A stretch of 64,000 bases of DNA from positions 384,001 to 448,000 of the forward strand of contig OY760907.1 in assembly GCA_963664195.1 (NCBI GenBank). The letters are read 5' to 3'. A model generated the notes under the pieces. That model had not been told where the DNA came from. It ran no database searches and worked only from the letters and a program-made list of their open reading frames with translations. This document shows, piece after piece, positions 49,415 through 58,816 of this stretch (positions are counted from its first letter, which is position 1; the number at the start of each line of letters is the position of its first letter). A program made the translations under genes and the position numbers. Origin of the DNA: an uncultured candidate division Zixibacteria bacterium (GTDB lineage: Bacteria > Zixibacteria > MSB-5A5 > GN15 > FEB-12).

Positions 49415-49436
49415 ACTTCGACAAGCTCAGTGTGAC
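49408..49436 (-). repeat. Short dispersed repeat TGAGCYTGTCGAAGTGTGGACC, copy 1
   Basis: Reverse complement of 49408-49429 matches 61551-61572 at 21/22 nt. Confidence 0.6.
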
Positions 49437-49468
49437 TTATTGATAAATCGTAGCTGAATGGCTCGCGC

Positions 49469-50242
49469 CTACTTAATCAAGCCCCGGTTGCTGCGTTCGG
49501 CGAAATCCAGAACCGTCTGGACCTCAGGAATAAGCTCGATCTCGTCTTTGATCCGCTGCAACGCCTGGGTCGTGTTCAGCCCCGAGAAGAACAGCAGTTT
49601 GTAGGCAGCTTCGAGAGCGTGGATGACCTCGCGTTTGAATCCGCGACGCCTCAGACCGATCGCATTCAACCCGACAACCTTCAGCGGATACCCGGCTATC
49701 AACGAGTACGGCGCGCAGTCCTGCTGCACCCGGAACCCGCCACCGACCATGGCGTGGGCACCGATCTTCACAAACTGATGCACCGGAAGCACGCCGCCGA
49801 GAATCGCAAAATCGTCGATCTCGATATGACCCGCGAGATTCACCGAGTTCGCCATAATGACGTTGTTGCCGATGATACAGTCGTGGGCAACGTGAGCGTA
49901 TGCCATAATCAGGCAGTCTCTGCCGACCGAGGTCTGGCCGCTGGCTTTGGTGCCGCGATTAATGGTGGCATACTCGCGGATGGTGGTGCCGTCGCCGACA
50001 ATTGCCAGCGTCTTCTCGCCGCCGAATTTCAGATCCTGCGGCTGGGTGGCTATCACCACACCGGGGGAAATCTTGACGTTGCTACCAATACGAGCGCCAT
50101 CGGCAATCACTACCGAGGATGCGATAGTAGTGCCGCTGCCTATCGTCACGTCGTCTTCGATTATCGTGAACGGGCCGATTGTAACGTCGTCGGCCAACTC
50201 CGCTTTCGGAGAGACTATTGCTGTTGAATGTATATTGCTCAT
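49469..50242 (-). CDS. lpxA: UDP-N-acetylglucosamine acyltransferase
   Basis: Hexapeptide repeats, PQDLKF, IREYATINRGT, HVAHDC, VHQF, GLNAIGLRRRG. Confidence 0.95.
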   Translation of the reverse strand: MSNIHSTAIVSPKAELADDVTIGPFTIIEDDVTIGSGTTIASSVVIADGARIGSNVKISPGVVIATQPQDLKFGGEKTLAIVGDGTTIREYATINRGTKASGQTSVGRDCLIMAYAHVAHDCIIGNNVIMANSVNLAGHIEIDDFAILGGVLPVHQFVKIGAHAMVGGGFRVQQDCAPYSLIAGYPLKVVGLNAIGLRRRGFKREVIHALEAAYKLLFFSGLNTTQALQRIKDEIELIPEVQTVLDFAERSNRGLIK

Positions 50243-51623
50243 CGATCCACAATCATTGCCATGAAGTCCGCCTCGGCCGTGAGTCTGTCATCGACAAACG
50301 TCTTGCCCGACATTTTGCAGGCGTTGCGGCGGAAGCTTTTCATTTCCAGTTCAAATCGTAACTGATCGCCGGGAACGACCGGGCGACGGAATTTCGCGTT
50401 ATCTATCGACATAAAATAGACTACTTTGGTCTCCGGATGCTCAACCGCATTCAACAGAAGCACACCACCCGCCTGCGCCATTGCTTCGAGAATCAATACA
50501 CCGGGCATGACCGGATGTTCGGGGAAATGGCCCTGGAAAAACGGTTCGTTGATAGTCACGTTTTTCAGAGCGACAACCCGCTCACCCGGGACAAGGTCCA
50601 AAATCCGATCCACCAACAGGAACGGGTAACGGTGCGGCATAACTTTCAGAATCGCATTGATATCAAAGAGCGCCTTGCCGCTGCCGTACTTGGAAGCGAT
50701 TTTCTTTTTCTTGTACAGGTCCCTCATTTTCCTTGCGAGCGCTATGTTCGCCTTGTGACCTGAACGTGCCGCCAAAACGTGCCCCTTGAACGGCACCCCG
50801 ATCAGGAACAGATCGCCCAACAGATCAAGCGTCTTGTGCCGGACTGGTTCGTTGGGAAACCGAAGAGGGATATCGTTGATAATCCCCGTCTCGCCGACAA
50901 ACGCTTCGTCCTTGAGATCCAATACCCGTCTTATGCGGTCAACCTCGACCTGCCCCTTGTCGGAGTCATAGATTACCACCGCATTGTCAAGACCACCACC
51001 CTTGATTAACCCGTTGTCCTTGAGCATCTCGATCTCAGAGAGGAAACAGAATGTCCGGGCGGGTGCAAACTCCTCGACAAACTCATCCTGCAAACTCTGG
51101 AGCGTGGTGTACTGCGTGCCGAGGGCAGGATTTTTGTAATCGATCATGAACGTGATACGGACGTCATCGGAGGGCGTGACGACCAGATCGACATGGCGCT
51201 CCGGCTCGGCATAGGCCATGGGAGAGTCGATTTCGAGATAATACTTGTCAACGTCCTGTGTTTCGATCCCCGCCTCGAGCAGTTTGTCGACATACGGTTT
51301 GGCGGAACCATCGCCGATAGGAGGCTCGTTGGCATCGAGTTCGACAATCATGTTGTCAATCTGCAACCCGGCGAAACTGGCGAGGACATGCTCGACCGTG
51401 TGCACTTTGGCCTCCCCGTCCTGGAGCGTGGTGCCACGGGCGATGTCCACCACATGATCGATATCGGCGATGACCGACGGGTTGTCGGGCTTGTCGACGC
51501 GGACAAACCGGATGCCGTGATCGGGCGGGGCCGGTTTGAAGGTCATGGTGCAGGTATTGCCGGTGTGGAGTCCGACTCCGGAGAGGGAGATTTCGTGTTT
51601 GACGTACGTTGTTTTTCGAACAT
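50239..51623 (-). CDS. lpxC: Bifunctional LpxC/FabZ; apparent frameshift after codon 7
   Basis: GVGLHTG, TVEH, DGSA, ARTF, RHKTLD (LpxC); PHRYPFLLVD, FFQGHFP..PVMPGVL..E (FabZ); ATG 51623 encodes MFEKQRT in a different frame. Confidence 0.92.
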
Positions 51624-51913
51624 AGCCTTGTTTTCTCAAAGGAATTTGCCGGAGTATAGCATTTAGTTTTTCGAACCCCAACGGGTTCAAGCGGTTTTTT
51701 GGTGTGTGGAGGGCTTGTAGGTCAAACCCGTCTTCGGGCTTGTCGTCTTTGCCTTGGTGCCCTATCCGCTTGCGGCGTGACAGGATTGTCCATGAGCGGC
51801 AGGTCCACGCCCCTGCCTCATCAACCCACCCGACGTTTCACTCTGGGCGGGGTACGGAGGAATCGGCGTTGCGAACATCGCAGATCAAACCAGCGCGAAA
51901 AAAACCGCCATCG

Positions 51914-51947
51914 GAGCGGTCAGGCGGGGTCGCATTACCGCACATAC
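51914..51947. repeat. Hairpin repeat upstream of peptidase
   Basis: GAGCGGTCAGGCG-ggg-TCGCATTACCGCACATAC; direct homologue at 55315-55364. Confidence 0.65.
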
Positions 51948-52077
51948 GAGGGGGACGATCTCATGTCGCGGCATCCTTTCCGTCGTAGACTCTGCGCCCC
52001 AGATTGACCTTGCGGATTCCACCTTTTCCCCTATATTGTTAGAGGACAAGGTACTCACCGGACAGGAGTTTACTCAT

Positions 52078-55000
52078 ATGCAGCTCAAACATGTTTCGAT
52101 TGCCCTATTTCTATGCCTGATTCTCGCCGTTGGCGTCTTTGCCGCCGACCGTAACGACATTCAGGCAAAAGTCTATCTCAACGAAAAATCCGACGTACAT
52201 CAGCTTCGCGCCCTCCACATGGACGTCGTCTATCCCGGTATGGATTACTTTGAGATCATCACCAACCCGGACGAACTCGCCAAGCTTGAAGCCCTGGGGT
52301 TCAAAACTGAAATCGTCCACGAATCTGTCTCCGGGTTCTATCGTTCCCGCCTCGACACCTCGAAAGACATGGGCGGTTACGCGACCCTCTCGGAAATCGA
52401 GGCCTGGACCGATTCGATGATCGCCGCGCACTCATCGATTCTCTCGTCCAAGATTTCAATCGGTCAGACAATCGAAGGCCGTGAAATGTGGGCATTCAAG
52501 ATTTCCGATAATCCGAATGTCGACGAAGATGAACCCGAGGTCATGTTCACCGCGGCCATTCATGCCCGCGAGGTCATCACACCGCTCGTGATTGAGCATT
52601 TCGTTGAGCACATGGCCGACAATTACGGCATCAACCCGGACGTTACGGACATTGTCGACAATCGCGAAATCTGGATCGTGCCATGTGTTAATCCCGATGG
52701 ATACTACCACAACGAATACACCGATCCGGGCGGCGGCGGCATGTGGCGCAAGAACCGTCGCAACAACGGCAACGGTACCTATGGTGTCGATCTTAACCGC
52801 AACTACGGCTATGAGTGGGGCTACGATGACGGCGGTTCCTCGCCGGACCCGTCGGATGAAACTTATCGCGGCACCGGACCGTTCTCCGAACCGGAAACGC
52901 AGAACCTTCGCGACTGGGCCATTGAACGGAATTTTGCCGTCACTCTGTACTTCCACTCCGCTTCCAATCTGATCCTCTGGCCGTGGGGATACGACAGCTA
53001 TTTCACACCGGACGAGGACATCTTCTCGGCAATGGGTGACTCGATGGCGGTGTTCAATAGTTACGATCCGGGACCGATCTGGATTCTGTACGAGGCCAAC
53101 GGCGGCACCGATGACTGGCACTACGGTGAACAAACGCTAAAGGACAAGAGCTTTGCGTTTACCATTGAAGTCGGAGATCGTTTCGCAGATGGTTTCTGGC
53201 CGGCGACTTCGAGAATCCCGGCACTCGTTGCTGAGAATCTTGGCGTCCAGATGTACCTCGCGCGTCAGGCGGGCAATCCGTACGCGCTGAAGGCGCCGCT
53301 TGCTCCCTCGATCAGCCTCGCGCCAGTGGTGAACGGCCTTGAGTACCTGGTTGAATGGACGCACACAGACTCGCTGAACCCTGCTGTCGCCTACGAACTT
53401 GTGGAGATGCAGGGGCCGGGCATGACGACCGATCCGGCCGACGATCTCAACGACTGGGACAACGACGGCTTCACGGTCTCTACTTCGAGAAGCTACAGCG
53501 CACCATCGAGCTTCTACTCCGGTCAGGGGAACAACCTGAATAACACGATCAGTACTACTGAACCGTTCGCCATCGCCCTGGCAGATACGCTGCGCTTCTG
53601 GACATACTATGACATCGAAGTCGACTGGGACTATGCGTACGTAGAGGCCTCCACCGACGGCACTACGTTCGAGAAACTGGCCGGGAATATCACGACCACA
53701 TCGAATCCCCACGGCACGAATCTCGGCAACGGAATCACCGGTTCATCCGGTGGCTGGGTCGAAGCGATATTCGATCTGACCGGTTACACGGAAACCGAGT
53801 CTCTGTTGATACGATTCGCATACGTGACCGACGGTTCCCAGGTGGAAGAAGGGTTCTACATCGACGACATCTACCCGCATTACGGTTTTGGAATCAGCAC
53901 GGTAGTTGACTCAGACATCGCCGACGACTTCTGGACCTTCACCGACAAGCCAGCCGGTGATTACTATTACAAGGTCCGTGCGAAAGACGCCGAGGAGCAG
54001 TGGGGTCCGTTCTCGGAGATCACTCCAACTCTCGTAACCGCCGGAAACCGTGGCGATGTTGACCTGGATGGCGTGGCGTATTCTATCGGCGATCTGGCAC
54101 TGCTGAATCTGTACTTCGCACAGGGCCTGCCGGCGTTCGACGCTGCTCACATGGAAGCGCAGATTGAACAATCGGATGCCAACTGCGACGGCCTGACACT
54201 GTCAAGCGCAGATGCGGATCAAATCGCCGATGTGCTTCTGGGACTGGCATCTCCCTGCTCATACGAGGAGAAAGGCTACGACAGCGATGGCGTGCTGACA
54301 ATGCGCGATGATCCGCTGTACGGTGTGGCGATTCAGAACACAACGGTCAACTTCAGCGACACAGCTTATGTCGATATCGTTCTCACCGACGGCAACGCCG
54401 ACCTGCTCGGATTCCAGTTCCACCTGGAGTATGATAACACGAAACTGTCGCTGGCCGATGTAGAGCTTGGGGTTGACCTGCCGAACTGGGACCTCGTTTC
54501 TTACAATGACGTTGAGGCCGGAGCGGTCAATCAAGTTCGTCTGCTGGGTGTAGCCTGGACCGAAGGAGATCCCGTCGATTCCAGTGATATCAGCCCGCAG
54601 CCGACGCCGAAACAACTCGCGAGACTGAAATTCGCCATTCTCGATTCCGAGGATGACTTCACTACCGATCTCAGGTTCGTCTGGCAGAATTGCTATGACA
54701 ACACAATCGCCGTTGGCGCCATGCCCGGTCCGTCCCAGGAAATGCTGGCGCTTTCGCGCGTTGTCTACGACGCCGACCTGACCGACATCACCGGTACCGA
54801 CCCGCTCTACGGCGGCACAGCCGGTCACTGCGACAACGGCTATGCCGGCGGCACCGGACTGGCATCGCCGATGGGATCAATTGACTTCACTTCGGGACGC
54901 GTAGGTTACGTCGCTTCCTGTTGTGTGGGCAATGTTGGCAATGTAGATTGCGGCGTCGACGATCAAGTAACCATGGCCGACCTGACAGTGCTGATCGACC

Positions 55001-55140
55001 ACCTGTTCATCAGTCTCGACCCGCTCTGCTGTCTGCCTGAGGCGGATTTGGACCACACGTTCGACGTCACGATGAGTGATCTGACCGTATTAATCGACCA
55101 CCTGTTTATCAGTCTGGACCCGCTGGGACCGTGCCAGTAG
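52078..55140 (+). CDS. Secreted M14 zinc carboxypeptidase (CPT-like) with beta-sandwich, dockerin, cohesin-like and C-terminal dockerin domains
   Basis: Signal peptide; IHARE, NPDG, WRKNR, GVDLNRN, FSEPE, FHS, TIE; YDIEVDWDYAYVE domain; duplicated MxDLTVLIDHLF at C terminus; AGGAG before ATG. Confidence 0.9.
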   Translation: MQLKHVSIALFLCLILAVGVFAADRNDIQAKVYLNEKSDVHQLRALHMDVVYPGMDYFEIITNPDELAKLEALGFKTEIVHESVSGFYRSRLDTSKDMGGYATLSEIEAWTDSMIAAHSSILSSKISIGQTIEGREMWAFKISDNPNVDEDEPEVMFTAAIHAREVITPLVIEHFVEHMADNYGINPDVTDIVDNREIWIVPCVNPDGYYHNEYTDPGGGGMWRKNRRNNGNGTYGVDLNRNYGYEWGYDDGGSSPDPSDETYRGTGPFSEPETQNLRDWAIERNFAVTLYFHSASNLILWPWGYDSYFTPDEDIFSAMGDSMAVFNSYDPGPIWILYEANGGTDDWHYGEQTLKDKSFAFTIEVGDRFADGFWPATSRIPALVAENLGVQMYLARQAGNPYALKAPLAPSISLAPVVNGLEYLVEWTHTDSLNPAVAYELVEMQGPGMTTDPADDLNDWDNDGFTVSTSRSYSAPSSFYSGQGNNLNNTISTTEPFAIALADTLRFWTYYDIEVDWDYAYVEASTDGTTFEKLAGNITTTSNPHGTNLGNGITGSSGGWVEAIFDLTGYTETESLLIRFAYVTDGSQVEEGFYIDDIYPHYGFGISTVVDSDIADDFWTFTDKPAGDYYYKVRAKDAEEQWGPFSEITPTLVTAGNRGDVDLDGVAYSIGDLALLNLYFAQGLPAFDAAHMEAQIEQSDANCDGLTLSSADADQIADVLLGLASPCSYEEKGYDSDGVLTMRDDPLYGVAIQNTTVNFSDTAYVDIVLTDGNADLLGFQFHLEYDNTKLSLADVELGVDLPNWDLVSYNDVEAGAVNQVRLLGVAWTEGDPVDSSDISPQPTPKQLARLKFAILDSEDDFTTDLRFVWQNCYDNTIAVGAMPGPSQEMLALSRVVYDADLTDITGTDPLYGGTAGHCDNGYAGGTGLASPMGSIDFTSGRVGYVASCCVGNVGNVDCGVDDQVTMADLTVLIDHLFISLDPLCCLPEADLDHTFDVTMSDLTVLIDHLFISLDPLGPCQ

Positions 55141-55170
55141 CGGACAAATAGACACGAGTGCTCAAAAGTG

Positions 55171-55201
55171 ACGGGCAGGGTTCCACCCCTGCCCGTTTAT
55201 T
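55171..55201 (+). terminator. Intrinsic terminator
   Basis: ACGGGCAGGG-loop-CCCTGCCCGT plus TTATT. Confidence 0.75.
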
Positions 55202-55314
55202 GTGCGTCTCACGCTAGCCCCTCCTCGTCTGACAGCTACCAAACGGATGTTGGAGAAACCGCAAGACTTTCACTCTGAAAAGGAGCAGAATGAAGGTCGC
55301 TGCGAGTATGACCA

Positions 55315-55456
55315 GAGCGGTCAGGCGAGGACACTCAGTCTCGCTGTCGCCTTACCGCACATACAAGAGGCAGAATTCGTGACCGGCAGGGAACCCATTT
55401 CGGTGCCTGCTTCCCGCTCGGAACGGTGCGTCGGGGGTGGAACCCCGACACTCACG
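55315..55456. repeat. Cluster of hairpin repeats downstream of peptidase
   Basis: GAGCGGTCAGGCG...TCGCCTTACCGCACATAC (55315-55364); GTCGGGG-gtggaa-CCCCGAC (about 55431-55450). Confidence 0.6.
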
Positions 55457-55540
55457 GTATGCGGTACTCACACCAGTGGCTGTCAGATGAGTACACCTGA
55501 TAGCCCAGTATTACCCCGACGCTCACGGAGTACATACCGC

Positions 55541-55798
55541 CTAAATGTCTTTCAGCGCCTTCACCTGACGAAGTTTCCGGAATAGCTGAACGTACTCCTT
55601 CACCATCACCTCCTCAGCGCGCGACATCCCCTCCATCATCGGAATGCCGATCCTGAGTACAGCACGGACAATATCTGCCACAGTCCGGTCATACTTGTCA
55701 GCCAGGTCTTTCAGATCGTTCTTGAGTTGATATGAGATGGAGATATTCAGGCAATGCTCTCCCCTCGATTTTCGTTTTGCATCGGTATCTTGTGACAT
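55541..55798 (-). CDS. Ribbon-helix-helix (CopG/MetJ-like) protein
   Basis: LNISIS strand, L..LA....RTVADIVR.VL helices; GGAGG RBS. Confidence 0.7.
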   Translation of the reverse strand: MSQDTDAKRKSRGEHCLNISISYQLKNDLKDLADKYDRTVADIVRAVLRIGIPMMEGMSRAEEVMVKEYVQLFRKLRQVKALKDI

Positions 55799-55813
55799 AA
55801 TCCCTCCTGTTTC

Positions 55814-56308
55814 TCAATGGTACTTGCTGTGGCCGATCAGCGTTTGCGGCGTGGTGATCCTGAGGTCAAACCGTTCGGCCAATTCTTGCATCACACCGCT
55901 CCAAGTGGCAGACTCCGGTTTAGCCGCTATCAGTTGGTCGATTTCGTCGCGGTACGGTGAGGCACAAATCGGGCAATCGGTTATCACTTCCGAATCGATA
56001 CCAAACGTGGCGGCAACAAACGGTTGAAGTTCTTTCCGTAATCTTCGGAGCGCTGTTTTGTGAATTGCTTCCAGACGGTGCATTGTTCGTCCCGTTCTCT
56101 CCGCCAGTTCTTCGTAGCACATTCCCATGTAGTAGAATCGTTCGATGAACTCCCGCTGGTCATCATTAAGTTTCTGCAGGGCCTCGCGGACGGCCTCCCG
56201 AATAATCTGCCGCCTGTCATCTGTTGACGATTCCTCCTGTGTGGGTTGAGCTGGTTCGCGCCCGAGATCGACAATCCATTGCTGGTAAAGAACCCGACTT
56301 CTGGCCAT
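55814..56308 (-). CDS. Sigma-70 region 4 HTH protein with C-terminal CxxC...HxxxH module
   Basis: AL.KL...QRE.I...YY...YEELA......H..ALRRLR; CPIC...HSKYH; AGGAG RBS. Confidence 0.72.
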   Translation of the reverse strand: MARSRVLYQQWIVDLGREPAQPTQEESSTDDRRQIIREAVREALQKLNDDQREFIERFYYMGMCYEELAERTGRTMHRLEAIHKTALRRLRKELQPFVAATFGIDSEVITDCPICASPYRDEIDQLIAAKPESATWSGVMQELAERFDLRITTPQTLIGHSKYH

Positions 56309-56579
56309 GTTGCTCCTTTCGTTCGCCCCGTATTGCTCTGGTTATCGATCTCAATGAAAGCCGTTGTGCGGTGGGTTGTCGATTACATGGGGATCACAAG
56401 CTCGAGAGCCACGGATCGATGTGAAACGTCACTCGTATCGCTTATGTGGTGAATAATTGGACAGAATCGACATATAACAGGAGACAGACAAAAATGGCTG
56501 ACCTTGCGCACGCGATTTGCATATATTGCTGGCAGTCAGTGGAAGATAACGAGTTAAGGATGACTCAAGGTGCAAATGT

Positions 56580-56798
56580 ATGACTGATTACACAAAGTAT
56601 GACCCTCCGCGACCGATTATCAGCGGCGTCATCTGGCTAGGGATAGGGCTGTATCTGCTCGGAATGATGCACCATGTCATCCCGCCTATCGATGAGAGCT
56701 GGCCCGCCATTCTGGTGATTATCGGTTTTGGAATCGTTTGCGGAGCGTTCAGGCGTAAACGGCGAAGAGAAGCCCCGCCGGACCTTCACCAGCAATAG
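56580..56798 (+). CDS. Small two-TM membrane protein (LiaF/DUF5668-like)
   Basis: GVIWLGIG.YLL...WPAILVIIG pattern, basic tail. Confidence 0.6.
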   Translation: MTDYTKYDPPRPIISGVIWLGIGLYLLGMMHHVIPPIDESWPAILVIIGFGIVCGAFRRKRRREAPPDLHQQ

Positions 56799-56808
56799 AG
56801 GAAACGAC

Positions 56809-57603
56809 GTGAGCACAACCCCGAACGGACAACAGTTTGAACGTATCCCGGTCTACCCGTCGCCGGACCAGCCGCAGTCGGCACCGGATCCGATGGCCGA
56901 ATTCAAAGCCCTCACCGGCAACACCGGATTCAAGCCAAACTTGATGACCTGGGTTAGCCTTTTTGTGCTGCTGGCTTTTTATCCCGGTATCTCGATGCTT
57001 GGCGATGCCGAAAGCACGATGGAACTCCTTGAGAACATCACTCCGGGCATGCTGGTCTTTATGTTGGTAGCGACCATTCTCATGCAATGGGCTATCTACC
57101 TCATCAACTGGGGAGCGCTTTTCACGGAGAACACCGGCCTCCAGGGAATTGGGCTTAGCCGTATTCGCCCACTCCATTTTGCGTACGGCATCACCTTCCT
57201 CTTGGTCTCGTATGCTCTGCTCTCCGGACTGGCCTGGGTGATGGCGCAGATCGGTATGCCTATGGCCGGTGAGTTGGGGCTGATGATTCCCCAGGACACC
57301 ACCGGGCGCATTGTCTGGGTGTTCGTGTCGTTCACCGCGGGATTCTGCGAAGAGGTTGCGTTCCGGGGTTATATCATGACGCGCCTTCGCTTGATCTTCA
57401 AGACGAAAAGCTGGGTGATTCCCATTATCGTCTCGGCTGTGGCCTTTGGCGCCTGCCATGCCTACCAGGGTGTCTCGAACATGATCGTGCTGAGTATCTA
57501 CGGCGCGATGTTCTCGCTGTTGTATATCAAGACGGGCAGTTTGTGGCCGTGCGTAATCGCGCATTTCTTCCAGGATTTCCTGGCGCTGTTCATCCCACAG
57601 TAA
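56809..57603 (+). CDS. CPBP family (CAAX protease/Abi) intramembrane protease
   Basis: EEVAFRG, FG.CH.YQG, SLWP..IAH...D; GTG start after GAGG. Confidence 0.9.
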   Translation: MSTTPNGQQFERIPVYPSPDQPQSAPDPMAEFKALTGNTGFKPNLMTWVSLFVLLAFYPGISMLGDAESTMELLENITPGMLVFMLVATILMQWAIYLINWGALFTENTGLQGIGLSRIRPLHFAYGITFLLVSYALLSGLAWVMAQIGMPMAGELGLMIPQDTTGRIVWVFVSFTAGFCEEVAFRGYIMTRLRLIFKTKSWVIPIIVSAVAFGACHAYQGVSNMIVLSIYGAMFSLLYIKTGSLWPCVIAHFFQDFLALFIPQ

Positions 57604-57691
57604 GAAACAGCACTTCCCTATCTGGGTGGCCGCCTCAAACTCGTTTGGGGCGGTATCTCCAACCAGTATCACAACACCATCACAGCAAGTG

Positions 57692-57738
57692 TCCTCGCAA
57701 GTCTGAAGACAGCCACTCGTGGCGTTGACCTTCGCTAC
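57692..57738 (-). repeat. GTAG-REP type A variant with inserted GCCAC-GTGGC stem
   Basis: TCCTCGCAAGTCTGAAGACAGCCACTCGTGGCGTTGACCTTCGCTAC between convergent genes. Confidence 0.8.
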
Positions 57739-57762
57739 AAGATGCGAGATATGATTGTCAGG

Positions 57763-58080
57763 TCAGTCGGTCTTGGCTTTGCTGAGTGTTGCGCGAAGTC
57801 GATTGTAGCGAATGAGGCCGACAACAAACGTGATTACGCCGATAGGAATAAACGCCCAGCCGATGTATTCCAACACCCGTGAATCGAAGAACTTGATGAA
57901 AGTCAGACCGGCGGCAAAAAGCGTCAACGCCGTGCGTATATAGGCAAGAAAAGTGTTCTGGTTGGCGAGAATCGTCCGGTCAATAGCAAGATAGTCACGC
58001 AGAATCAGCTTGGAATGATCGATATCGGAATATACATCGGCCGATTCTTTCCTGTGACGATGGAGCAAGCTCATTGCCAT
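57763..58080 (-). CDS. DUF202 (YidH-like) membrane protein
   Basis: RDYLAIDRT.LAN..TFLAYIRT plus two TMs. Confidence 0.85.
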   Translation of the reverse strand: MAMSLLHRHRKESADVYSDIDHSKLILRDYLAIDRTILANQNTFLAYIRTALTLFAAGLTFIKFFDSRVLEYIGWAFIPIGVITFVVGLIRYNRLRATLSKAKTD

Positions 58081-58153
58081 GCCCCTCTGGCTGTGACGGA
58101 CTTGAGGATATTCTGCCTCTCAGAGTTTCATAACATACGATCAAAGTGTAAAG

Positions 58154-58183
58154 AAAACGGGAGGGGATTGCCTCTCCCGTTTT
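58154..58183. terminator. Intrinsic terminator
   Basis: AAAACGGGAGG..loop..TCTCCCGTTTT. Confidence 0.75.
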
Positions 58184-58201
58184 GTCGGGCGAAGGATTCG
58201 C

Positions 58202-58654
58202 CTAATTTTCTTTCAGGATAACATCGTCGTACTCGACCTCAAAGCGGAGCTTGTGCTTGGCTTCCTCGTTAGCAAGCCCCAGGAGCAGAGATTTGGCACC
58301 GGCGTCATCCGTAGCCTCTGACAGATCGTTGTACAGCTTGAAGGCGGCTTTTTCGGCTTTCATAGCCAGAATGAGGGCTTCCTGGTAATCCAGTTCGGCC
58401 GACATTTCGATCTCGGAGAGGTTGTCACCGATCTTCAGATCGAGAATCTTCTTTTCGGAAGCGGCCAGTATCTTGCCTTCTTTGACGCCCTGAAGTTTGG
58501 CTTTATGACCCAATTCTTCTTTGGCAAAACCGGAGAATATGTCTTTCATATACTGCTGTTTCATCTTGCCGGACAGCGCGTTATAGAAATCGGCAGCATC
58601 CTGCTCTTTGTCGATTGCGTAATCCAGAATCTTATCAACGGAATCTAACTTCAC
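58202..58654 (-). CDS. Rubrerythrin/ferritin-like di-iron protein
   Basis: Duplicated A...E......Y / EE..H di-iron motifs. Confidence 0.88.
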   Translation of the reverse strand: MKLDSVDKILDYAIDKEQDAADFYNALSGKMKQQYMKDIFSGFAKEELGHKAKLQGVKEGKILAASEKKILDLKIGDNLSEIEMSAELDYQEALILAMKAEKAAFKLYNDLSEATDDAGAKSLLLGLANEEAKHKLRFEVEYDDVILKEN

Positions 58655-58816
58655 GTTTTCCTCCTAAGCATGTATTTACCCGCAGTCTTTGTTATCGAAC
58701 GTATGTCGGTGGCCTCTGGGGACCGGCTGAATGCTAATAGAGAATCGCCTTTGCGGCAAGTGTTTTCTGGGGATTGCTGGCGTTGAAGCGCGGCCTTGTT
58801 CGGTCGATCCTTGGGA

